Assembly (NCBI GenBank): GCA_009103225.1
Contig: RHPI01002069.1
Span: 397,378-461,377 of the forward strand
Length of the DNA stretch: 64,000 nt
Reading direction: 5' to 3'
Source of the DNA: Chlorokybus atmophyticus
Taxonomy: Eukaryota > Plantae > Mesostigma and Chlorokybus algae
The notes beneath the pieces were generated by a model, which worked only from the letters and a program-made list of their open reading frames with translations, ran no database searches and was not told the DNA's origin. Made by a program: the position numbers and the translations under genes. The first letter of the stretch is position 1; each line of letters opens with the position of its first letter. Of this stretch, positions 45,961-57,199 are shown one piece after another.

Positions 45961-47830
45961 ACGTGCTTGCCTTGGTTGGCCACCATGGCAGCATTGTTGT
46001 CGATACGCAGCCTCTTCATACGAGGTGTCTGCACCTCTGACTCAGTTGTCTTTGCTGGAGGTGCTGAGCGCATGGCAGCCAGAGCTCCTCTGCCTGCTGG
46101 ATCCGGAGAACCCCCTCCTTGCCCTCTCCCTCTGCCGAACCGACCTTGTCGTGGTGGTTGGTAGACACGGGGGGGCCTTGGTGCTGGAGGTTCCGGCGCT
46201 GGTTGTAGTGGCGGCGCAAGTGGATGCCGCCTCTGCGAAGCTGGAATCATGCCCGCGGGTGTACCCAATGGCTGTGGAGGAAACCCCGGCGGACCCAGTG
46301 TTTGTGGGCCTGCCTCGCGTTCAGCTTGCTCCGCGGCGTACGTCCATCGGACAGCATGAGCCGCTTCTCTGACCAATGTCCCTTCCCACGTGGCCGTGGG
46401 CTCGGTGTCCATGTCGGTCCAATGATGATATTGAGGCATGGGCTGCAGGTATACGGCGCGTAGTAGCTGTCGCCGCATGTCGTGAGTGATGGTGGGGACT
46501 CGCAAGATCCCTGCCATGTAGGCATCCCACCTTCCTTGTACCACTCCCATGTCGAGCACGGTCATGGCGCGAGCGCGTAGGGTGCGCTGGAGGTCAGTCT
46601 GCTGTGCGTGTAGCTCATGAGCAATGACGATGCGCCGCCGTTGCCGTGCGGCTTCCACCCCTGGCAGCCGCAGCATTGCCTCTTGCACTCCCTCCAGCGT
46701 GTCCGGGGCTGTGGTGGCAGCCTCGTCGTATGCTTGTCGCAGCGAACGCACGAATGCCCCCAACCATGATGCTCGGTTGCCAAAGGCAAACAGGGGGACA
46801 GCAGGGTGATTGGTAACGAGCCATGTCACGAGACGGGCTCGAGCGGCGCTGCCCTCTTGCATCCCCATCATCGGTCTTAATGTGTTGCCCTCAGGCCTGT
46901 GCAACATGACTGCTTGCCGGATGAGTGCGGTACGGAGTTGTTGCTCCCCCACCATACCAGCTCCTCCTCGTGTGTGGTGTCCCCTTGCGGGGGTGAGGAA
47001 CCCTCGCCCTACATCGCGTTGATCCTCAGGCATGTCTTCGACCAAAGGAGGCAGCAGCGGGGCGATTACCCCCCTCAATTGTTGCGCCAACGCCCTCGCT
47101 TGGTCTGCAACAGTTGCGTGTCCTGGCTGCTCGATGGCGACTGCCGTGGAGTACGCTGTGGTCAGCGCCGTGGAGGCGCTGGCAACATTTGCTGGCGCTA
47201 CGGTTGGTACGATAACGGCGTGTGCTGCTTCGTACGCTTGTCGGCGCGTCTCCACTTGGGCAGCTTGGTCCATTCGATAACGATGGGCCTGTTCGAGTGC
47301 AGAGAAACGCTCTTGACAACTGCCTGGAGTGAGCCCCGGAGAGCGGGATCAGCGCCCAGCGCGATGTCAGACATGGTGACCACGAGGTCTTGTATTTTGT
47401 GTCGCTGGAGGCCGAGTGGGTCCAGTGGCGAGGGCTCGAAGTCGATCTGTTGAGCGGGCATGGGTTGCCGCGTTTGACTGGGTGCGCCCTGCAATCGTGC
47501 GTGTAATGCCAGGAACAACTGGATGGCCAGCTCCAATACTGCAGGTCGCCGGTAAGTGACCCCGAAGAGACGATCCCTCATCTCTGGTGCCGTGCCGGCG
47601 AGGATTTCATCCTCCAGCTGCTGTTGTGTGGGTTCCAGCAGCGTGTGGTACTCTGGAGGTGGTAGGGGCAAGATGCGATCATCGCATGCCACGCGCGTGG
47701 TGCGTTGCCCCCCTGGTCCGTACGCAATTGTGGTGGGCTCCACGCTGCGTAGAACCGACGCCCAGGCGCGTTCTGCTTGTGGCCCGCGTGGCACTTGCTG
47801 TGTGACGTCCAACGCTGGTGGCGGTGCCGT

Positions 47831-50023
47831 TCAAACCTCAGGAAGTGGTGCAGTGCGTATGGCAGCACTAACGGAGGCGATGGTGGTGGCACCTGCAGCA
47901 GTCGTCGTTACTGAGGTGGCGGCCGTGAGAGTGGTAGAAGTTGTGACCGCTGTGGTTGCTGCGATGGAGGCAGGAATGGTGGATTCACCACTTACGAACC
48001 CAACGACCATGGTTGTTGCGGCGTCGGTGCTCTCCATCACCGGGGACAGCGTGGTGCCAAGAGTGCTGACACCTACTGTCGTGGTCGGTGTGGACGCCGA
48101 CGGTGTCGTCGACGGCGTCGTCCCAGCGGTGGTTGTGGCTGCCGAGGCAGCACCACTTGTGACGTCCGACGATGCCGCTGTTGACGACGCGCCAGGTTCC
48201 TTGCGCGCACGTCTTGATGGTTGTACACGTGACGGCGTGGGAGTGTCCATATCCCGTTTTGGTGCCATTAGTGCCCACCTAGCAGCATAGCAGGCTTGAT
48301 AGTCCTGCTCCTTGTTCTCCTCCAGCTGTGCCACGCGCGTCATCAGGGCTGCCACTTGGTCAATAGCCGGTGGATTGGTTGGTGCCTTTACAGCAGCAGC
48401 TCCAGCGCGAGGACGTCCCTCCGGTCCTTTGTGCTGTAGAGGGCGGTTTTTCCCTCTGTAGCCAGCTTCTTCTTTGCGGCCACCAGCGTTGTTGCCGTTG
48501 TTGCGACCACCAGCGTGGTTGCTGTTGTTGTAGCCCCCGTTGTTGTTGTTGCCGCGGTAGCCAACAGCGTTGTTGCCGTCGTTGTAGCCAATAGAGGGCC
48601 GCAGCTCAGGAAACTTGAGCCAGCATACTGTCTCCAAGTGTCCCGTCTTGTGGCAGTAATCGCACACAAGGTTGCCGTAATCTTCGGTGCACTCCTTTTG
48701 GTAGTGGCCATGTCGACCACACCAGAAGCACAGCACTGGAGCCACAAGGGCAGCATGAGCTGACCGTTTATCCTTGTGGTGGATGCCTTGCGGCTCTCGG
48801 CTGCGGTCCCGCCGAAGAGGCTCTGCACTTGTGCCTGCCATAGGCCGTGAAGCACTGCGGTTGGTGTCCAGCACCGCCTTCTCATATACTGCACGCTTAT
48901 GGTTGGCTTGTGCAGTCTCGAAAGCTTCCTTGAGGGTGTAGCCGAGGGGCCTGCTGTAGTTCAGCGTCAGGCGCGTTGACTCACTCAAGGTGGGATCCAA
49001 CTCGGCCACATACACCATTGCTGCCGCCTCCTCACTGACGATCTTGTAGTCAGTGTCTTTAAGCAACCCTTCCAACCATGAATACAGTCGGAGAGGGTCC
49101 TCGTGGGGCTTTCGTCGAAAACGCCTCAACTCCTCCACCTTGCTGTTGGTTTGAGGTGGGAAGGTGCGCCGGAGTGCGGCATAGAGGTCCTTCAACGGGG
49201 AGTCCGACATGGCCGCGCCCACCGTAAGCGCGGGTGCACGCAATGCCACTGAGCCGAGGGTGAAAACACTGCCTCCCGCTGGAGCACGCGAGTTCGGTGT
49301 TGGTAGCAGGGGCGTACCCATCTCCAATGCTGCAGCTTGCTGCTCCTCTTGTTGCTCCCTGATGATGGCAGCGGTGCGGTTGAGTATCCTGATCCGGCGC
49401 TCGGCCTTCTTGCTTTTGATCTCTGCACGAGTCAATGAGGCCACTACCACCTCAACTTCTTCATTCTCTGCCTTCTCCATGGCTGCAGCTAGAGTGAGAC
49501 CCGTGACTGAGGTGGGCGGGGCCGCTGCTACAGGGACAGTAACCGATGGGCTGTGCAGTGACGTGGCGGCTATTGTGCTGGCCAACTCGCCATAGCCATC
49601 AATATTGTGCAACTCAGCGACGGACTTCCACACATCATGTGCTTCGTGATCAAGGTATTAAGCGGACACATGAAACGATACCTCATCTGTCCAGTCCTTG
49701 CTCTTGAGGGCTTGCTGCCGCATCTTGGAGTGGAACTTGATAATGAACTCGTCAAGTGAGGTGGTGCCAGGGCGTCAGGAGAAGCGTAGGGAGTTGGTTA
49801 AGCTAGAAGGCTCCATCTCTTCGTCGTCACTGTCCGACGGTGGTGGAGATGCTCGTTGGCGAGGAGTGGAGTGAGAGGAGGTGAAGCCGGAGACGGGGCG
49901 TGAGCCTCTGCTGCTACGGTAATCGCTCCCTTCACTTGCGCGCTCGTAGGTAAGGTTGGAGGTTGGGCTCCAGCTGTTGAGGCCCCCTTCTTCTATTGGC
50001 GAGAAAGGAGTGGGCCTGCTCAT
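47831..50023 (-). CDS. Gag with two CCHC knuckles (in-frame stops at 49775, 49658 and 47831)
   Basis: CFWCGRHGHYQKEC and CDYCHKTGHLETVC; gag-like FRRKPHEDPLRLYSWL; ORFs 50023, 49633 and 47812 share a frame. Confidence 0.85.
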
Positions 50024-50230
50024 ACAGCTGATGCGATGGTGAAAGTGGATGAAGGGTAGAGTGTTTGTGCTCTACAATGGGATCTCTAGTGCTGCTATCA
50101 CCCAACACACTAGCGCTTGTGCGCGCTATGCGATGACGGTGACAACACTGCACCGTGATGTGTACAACAACAGATTGCGATGCTGATGTACAGCCTGCAA
50201 CTACACTCATTTGAGCAAAGAGGGTGACAC

Positions 50231-50836
50231 TGTAAGTCAACAAGCCACTACTATAGGTAGTGCTGTTTACACAGTTCTTTGCGTGAGTGGAAGAGAAATT
50301 ACACTGTTAAGTGAGGTGAATGAGCAAGCAACACGTGGATGCTATGCCCTGACTGATGCCAACAAGCACACCGCGACCAAGTACACAAAGCTCACAGCAA
50401 GGACAAGCACAGTGCACAAGAACATGCACAGGCTCTCACACGGTGAGGGGATTCTTGGGAACCGGGACGGTGTGTTTCGTAGTTCAAGTCGCTTCACAAG
50501 CTCTTAGCTTTCTCACTTACAGTGTCACCAGCTGATCTGATGAACACTGTGCCTACTTATACAACTCATGACTGTCCAGAACATAAGCTAACGGTCATAT
50601 CGAGGCTATTTCCACAGGAAATTCCCACTCGATATAGATCCTGACTTATAACTGAACTCACAATTGAACAGCTACGCGCGGTGCCTATGTAGGCTATGGT
50701 CATGAGCTACTCTAGAGACATGACCTAGCTACTGGTCAGAGACGCGCGCGGGTTGCCATGCTGGTAAGCCGGGCGATGGTCTCGCTGTAGGCATGCCCGA
50801 TGACGACGATGGCATGCTTGGGCGATAGGCATGACA
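50231..50836 (-). repeat. 5' LTR (606 bp) with TATAA at 50561-50557 and self-complementary PBS region
   Basis: TGTCATG...ACTTACA on the minus strand. Perfect 15-bp inverted repeat 50223-50237 / 50515-50529. Confidence 0.88.
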
Positions 50837-51594
50837 AAGTCGAAGCCAGCAGCTTGCACGACATTTGCGTCGCAAATTGCGGATTGCATTGCAACACGCA
50901 ATGCAGTCCTCAGGAAGCAGCCATGAGCTCGCAGTTCAATCATGATAGAAGCTACCTAAGTTACATGCTATAATCATGTAACTTTTGTTGCGCGGGAGGG
51001 GGGGGGGGGGGGGGGNGGGGGGTCGAACGTGTGCACATGTTGACATAATCATTACATACCAGTACGTTAGCAGATTGTAGTACCTGCATTCATAACGTTA
51101 ATAGATGCAAATGTGTGTGCGTGTAACAATTGCGGGCCATACAGCTGGGTTGCAAAGTATGTAGTGTGGTTAGCGCTGCCAGTACACTTGTGTCACTAAC
51201 CCAAAGCAGTCTGTTTAATAAGCTGGGCTGCAAGTTATGCTGCAGTCAATGGGGATGCAGTCCATGTGACTTGCAATGTGACGGATTAAACTGAACACGT
51301 ACAGCTGTACAGCAGCATGCACCAGAGCTTGACAGTATAAGTTGTGTTTACGCCGATATACAGAATAGTACAGCAAGTTTGCTCACAAAGGTTTATTGAC
51401 ATACAAGTTACAGCAAATCAGTAGGCCCTTTTAGTATCTATCCGGACTTCCTGCCATTAAGAAGCACTTGTCAAGTGAAATGCAGCTGCAGTTGCATGGC
51501 GGTAATAGCAAACTTTGTCAATGGTAACAAGAATGTACCAGCCAACCTGTGCAGAATCAGTAGTAAACGGACGAGCTTGCATGGAGATGGGGCT

Positions 51595-54500
51595 TCATTG
51601 GTAACGCCGCTGAAGGACTTTAACGCACCACCTGCGATAGCAGTATGCCAGCACGATTCTGATTGTCAGCACATCATTGTAACTTGCAAGTTGAACGCAT
51701 GCAAGGCAAAGCTGGCAGGCGCGGTGGGTCGTAACAACTTCATTATGACTGACCTGGCCGCTCACAATCCGCCAGCCAATAGGTGACCATTGGAGAACGT
51801 ATCGAGCCGTGTAAGTGCTGCGATAAGAATCATTCGCTTCCGGCTTGCTCTTGTCATAGAGTTGTGCGGCTTCTTGCAGCGTGGACTCCACGATGGCCTC
51901 TTTTCCAGTGTCATTAAGCACAAACTTGTCGACCTCCAAGCCGACCAATTTGTACTGCCAGAACCAGCCGTTTCTTGCTACATCATTGGCCCTTAGCGTC
52001 CACTGGTCTAGCATCTGGCCAGCCAGGATGTTCTTGAGTGCTGCAACGTCATGCGCACCACCCAATGCCTGATTTGACATCAAGTCAGTTGTGAAAGCAC
52101 TGCCGGTTGTCGACCAATAGCAGCATTGTATGTGGATACAGGAACTTGTTCTTGATGTTTGCGCAACAACGCATGTACGTGCGACACAGTGTGTTGAGCT
52201 GGAATACCTGGGCCTTGACAGTTTGCCATCTGTGCACGATCTTCTCGGCTAGGTGTTTGTCCATGTTGAGGCTTGGACTCAAGACATTCTCAATGGATTC
52301 CTGTCAGAAAAGGTGTTACAGACCCTGCAGTAATTGTGGCGAAGCAGAATGCTGTAGTATGTGTGGCCCGCGCGAGCATACCATCTGAATGCTGCTTGTG
52401 GTGGCAGCGGTTGCTGCGGTTGGCAATGACCCGCGACCAGACTTCAAGATAGAGGGATTACGCGCAAAAAATGTAATAGCTCCAGCAAACACAGCACCAG
52501 CCGCAATCAAGATTGCTGCTTGCATGAGTGGATCCCGCTGTTCGGGAAGCGGCAATAGCTCCACTTCATCCGGTCGTGGTGGCTGACGTGGAGTCAGGTT
52601 ATTCCAGGCGTGAAGCACATCTTGTTCCGGCTCATGCGCGGGTTCCTTGTTCCCTGTACTGACCTCGACTCTTTTTGTGATTGGCATCTGAACAATCACA
52701 TGGGTTCTGTTAGGGCACTCGTGCAATAAAGGGCACCAGCAGAGAGTTTTCTCACTGACCTCAACAGGGGCAACAGAAGGTACGGCCCAGGAGGCTGGTT
52801 CGCTGGTTATGCTTGGAGGGATTGCCGCAATGTCTGTGGCGGCTGCACCAGCCGTTGCATTTCTGGCTGCACGACTCACATCTTCACCCTCAGCCCTGAT
52901 GCTCGCAGTTTCAGATGACTCCGACATCACCGGAGGGAATATGGACTGGAATGCCTGCTTTGCTGACTCTGTCAAACTGCTGAAGGAGGTCGCAGCCTTC
53001 TGTGCCAAGTTGCTTAAAGATGAACTCGCAGACCTGCACCACGAGGACAGAAGACAAGCATCAGTCACAACTGCTGTGAAGACATTGCAGATAGCAGCAA
53101 GCCTGCCGTGCATACTTTGAACTCGTTGAAGTTGAAGGTCGCTCGAGGCCTTCAAGATAGGTTTGAACTTGCGTGTTGTCGAAGTATTCGCTGATGGATG
53201 GGCGCTGTCCTGCAAGGTCGCGGAATTGCATGTACAACACCTGCATGGCCCACAGTGGTTGACTGGGGTGTGTGCGGTGCTGATGAATGTGCGCCAGCTG
53301 CAAAGGCATACCTCTCGAAGCCAGCGCTCTGTAAGCTTGCAGAGACCAGAGAGCGGAGCATCGCGTTCTTCAATGGGCGAGTTGGCCAGCACAAACTGCC
53401 ATACTGCATTCGGTGGGCTGCTACCATCATTTAGCCATGTGCACGCTTCTTCAACCTGCGCACATTACTGTGAGAGAAGAGGCTCTGCGTTTCGCAAGCG
53501 CAAGGTCATACCCACCACACACACTTATTCCCATGCACAATACTTACAAAGCCCAACAGGATAGCGCATATGCCTCTCTCCAAGCGCAGGTCCCCAGACC
53601 CCATGCGCGAGCTGCTGTCCAGCTTGAAACCTCGAAGTCTTTGTAACTGTGCAAACAATGTGTCCGCATCTTGAATCAACTGAGGTCTGCAACGGCATCA
53701 GTCAGTTGTCATGCTGAGACGTCAACCCAACAGCGCAATGCAAGTCTGGTAAGCAAGCATGTCAATTGAGTTGTGATGCACAGTGTTTACGGCAACAACA
53801 TGCCAGCGTGTAATGCAGCATATGATGTCAGTGACACCTGTGCGTTGAGAAGCCCTGTGCCAGATGGGCCAATGCAGCTGCATACACCTCAAAGCTTTCC
53901 GCCGGAACGTTCTCAGGAGCATCAGCAAAGAGTGCAACTTGCTCAGCTGCTGTCATGTGAACAAATGCCTGCAACATAGCCCGAACTGTCAAGGTTAAGA
54001 TCAAGAATGCAACAACTTACTCTAGCACACGGTACCTGTTTCATGAAGCCTTCCCTGTCTTTCAGTCTGGCACCTCTGCCGGTGTCGCCACTGTAGACCA
54101 ACGTCTGCAAGTCCCGCATCCCACTCTGCAAATGTTGTTTGGTAAGCATTGAACAGCCAGCACATTCGCCTGGGCAATGCTTAGTTGAGCTCCTAATCTG
54201 CAAGCACACGCATGGTACATATCGCACCTGTCTTTGAGCTTCATGATCCAGATCAAGGGGAAGAGCTAGGCTTTCAAGCACGCAATCTGGTGCCAAATCA
54301 TGCAAAGTGGCTGCAATCTCCGCCTGCGTGGGCAACAGGTCAGGTCACTTCAGCCGACTTGGCCTGACGCCCCTGTAACCATGCACGCAGCAATGACACT
54401 GGGGTCAGGTAAAGCTACCCTCTGGCACAACTGACCAACTGACCTGCAGTGTGGGTGCCAAACTTTTGCCACCTTCGGAGATCAGCAGCTGCAATGCTTG

Positions 54501-55881
54501 CTCCAGGAGCTCGCAGCCCCTAGTAACGGAGGGCGGCGTACTGGCAAGAGCCTCTGCACTGAGGTCGCAGTAGGACAGCGCCATGACCAAAGCTACGTCA
54601 TGCCGAAACGACTTGGACGTGCTGTCGCGCAGACATGCTGCCCCGGACTGCAGCACAACTTCGTGCTCACCAGCCTGAGCAAGAGCAAGAGCAAGAGCAA
54701 ATTCATCCAGAGTTTATGGCAAGCTTATGAGAGTGTTAGAGCTGACGCTCGTGATGAGATTGCCTAGACACGGACATGACATAACACACGGACCTCCTGC
54801 AGCAGACACAGCACCCCAGGTAGCTTGCTCCATTGGCTTTCAACGAGAAGTGTGCTGGCATGGTCCATGGCCAATGCCGTGTCGTAGGCCTTGCGTGTTG
54901 TAGGATTGCACAAGCTGTCCCGTGCAGTGCGCAGCAACTGCAGTGGCATGCTTGTGAGTCACTGCAAACCAGCGCTGAATACTTGCAGTTTGCGTCCTGA
55001 TGCTTTATCGCTAAGGACGCAAGTGATAACCAACTGAATGTTGCAGTGTCTACATCACCTCAGCGCGGGCGGCGAGGGCATCCTCACTGAGCCCTTGTTC
55101 AGGAACGGCTTCAAGCTTCTGATCGCATTGCCGCCAGATAGCGTCGGGTAGCATCAAGGAGTGCGCCCCCAAAACCTGCAAGCCCCTTGCTGCGTGACTA
55201 CTCATACCGCCTTTCGTAACCAATCAGACCGCCTTGCTTCGTGAATGCCGACAGCTAGGCAACCGTACCCTACTTTTCAAGCCTATCAATAACTATCAAT
55301 AACCATAGTGACAGTGACAGCCCATGCATTGCCGCTTGCAGCAAAAGCCATGCAACTTGACAGCTGCAACAGGTCGACTTTACATTGGTTCCAAAGCATA
55401 GCATTGTAGAACCACTGTGAGCAATGCGTTGTTTGCAATCACTACCACTATGGCTTAGCGTCCACAAAGAACAACCGCTAGCTTGGAGAGTCGACCTCTT
55501 GGAGCATGCCACAGGCAGTACCTCATAGTAGTTGACGGGGACGCGCACGGTACGCTCGGCCGAAGCATGCGAGGCAGCCATTGCTGTGGATGCAACCCTA
55601 GCCGTCGCCTTCAATGTTGTCGTCGTCGTCGTCATCGTCGCCGCCGAGCAGCCATTTGAGGCATGACCCGCCACCCTCTGAGGCAACGGCGAGCCCAAGA
55701 AGCTGCTGCCTTGCAATGCGAAGGATGAAGAAGTGCAGCATTGATGCTTGCCGCAAGAAACGCCTGCTGCTGCTGCATGCTGGCGCCGTCTTTGCGCTGA
55801 GGAGCTGCTGGCTCCACCGCCTGCACCGGCAGCAGCCGCAGCCGCCCATGTCAGGGTGACCTGCTGCACCACCGGCCCCAT
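51595..55881 (-). CDS. ARC6: Chloroplast division protein ARC6 (J-like domain, TM, IMS/DUF4101), multi-exon; 3' end approximate
   Basis: TVRVPVNYYEVL; WSKLPGVLCLLQE; KSFRHDVALVMALSYCD; ALQLLISEGGKSLAPTLQ; LALPLD; AEKIVHRWQTVKAQ; STYTARY...GWRI. Confidence 0.9.
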
Positions 55882-56148
55882 GGCTGAACTCCTACTCCAA
55901 CCAATGCCCCAAGCGCAAGCCGCCGCTGCGACGGCGATGGCGGCAGGTGGAGGAGGCGGAGGCGGAGGCGGAGGGAGAGGAGGATGAGGTTTGCCGCCGG
56001 AATTGAGCCGTTTGTGCGGAGCGGTTGTTTATCGCAGCAAAGCGCGCGAAGCGACTGACTGCCCCACTGCGGTTTTGCGCGGGAAACGCACTGTAGCGAA
56101 CGTGGCCATGCACGGTGACGAAGTTCAGTCACACGATGTGACTCACAG

Positions 56149-56385
56149 CAGGCGCAACACTATTTACGAACGGAGATCTTACACATTGAGAGTCTTACTG
56201 TAAGACTCCTGCTGTATACCCCTATAGGGGCCGATGAAATTTACAAACATTCCATGCGAGAAAGCCCAGGCGCAACACTTTTTATGAACGGAGGTCTTAT
56301 ACATTGAGAGCCTTACTGTAAGACTCCTGCTGTATACCCCTATAGGGGCCGATGAGAATTACAAACATTTCATGCGAGAAAGCCT
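56149..56385. repeat. Two 118-bp direct repeats, each with internal palindromes, upstream of ARC6
   Basis: Units start at 56149 and 56267. They contain GAGTCTTAC-T-GTAAGACTC (perfect in unit 1, one mismatch in unit 2) and CCCCTATAGGGG. Confidence 0.85.
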
Positions 56386-57199
56386 AAGTTTCCTTGGCGA
56401 GGTTATTGCTCGATGGCATGTTGCGAATATGATCATGCGTTTCCTGTCTTGCGACGTTTACAATGACTTCATGTAAGTACTCTTAATGTTGTGTTTGTAA
56501 TAATGCGTAATGGGTGGCATCTTAGCATTCGTTTTCACATAATATGATACTACACGATCAATACAATGCTCACGTGCTATGAGATACATATGTGCTTTTA
56601 GGAGTTGACTGCACCATTACAAGTGCGATATATATATGCCGCATAAGTCATATTGTGAGTTAAAGCAACAACAAAGCATATGCACAGCATTTGCATATAT
56701 TCTATACACTCATACTCACATTTACACTCAATTAAAACATCATAATGCAACAATTGGTTCAATAGCATCTTAGAATTTTCACATTGAGTCACAAACCTGT
56801 TAAAACAACGATCACGTCTGACAACAGCTATTCACCGCAACACAATGATGTGTCATTAACCACCGCCACTGCGCAGATTAGTTGCATATGATGATCAGGT
56901 GAAAATAGGTTGCAACCGGTTTGTGGAAAATTGCATGCTAGTTGCGAACTTGTTGTAATGTTTTTGCAACAACAGCCAGGCATGCAAGCGCACACAGGAG
57001 CACGCCTTCGTTTGCGCGCACGCGCCTGCGCTTACACGAACAAAGACTTGCATTGGCACGCGCACATTCTTGAAATAGGACAACAGAAACTTTATCATTG
57101 AAGAGCGCAGGCTATGTTCAAGATTGCCTTTGTCAGTCTGTGCTTTTAGGTGATTTGCACTGGCCCAGCTACTGGCATACCGCTTAATGCCTCTAGTGC

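Larger units (their letters stand above)
38734..50836 (-). mobile_element. Ty3/Gypsy LTR retrotransposon with DNMT and PHD domains (degenerate)
   Basis: Domain order gag-PR-DNMT-RT-RH-INT-PHD. 5' LTR 50231-50836 is TG...CA. PPT AGGGGGGG at 40420-40427 (minus). Probable TSD AAGTC at 38734/40406 and 50837. Confidence 0.93.

Noticed and set aside
41203-49595. Numerous plus-strand ORFs across the Gypsy body
   Set aside because: These are antisense shadows of GC-rich coding sequence with no independent motifs.
38504-50836. DIRS/Ngaro-type split-direct-repeat element
   Set aside because: Pol encodes a DDE integrase, no tyrosine recombinase is seen, and a PPT and probable 5-bp TSD are present.
50995-51022. 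Poly-G tract as G-quadruplex or regulatory site
   Set aside because: It contains an N and resembles a gap or low-quality join, as do the C-run with N at 6088 and the G-run at 1-9.
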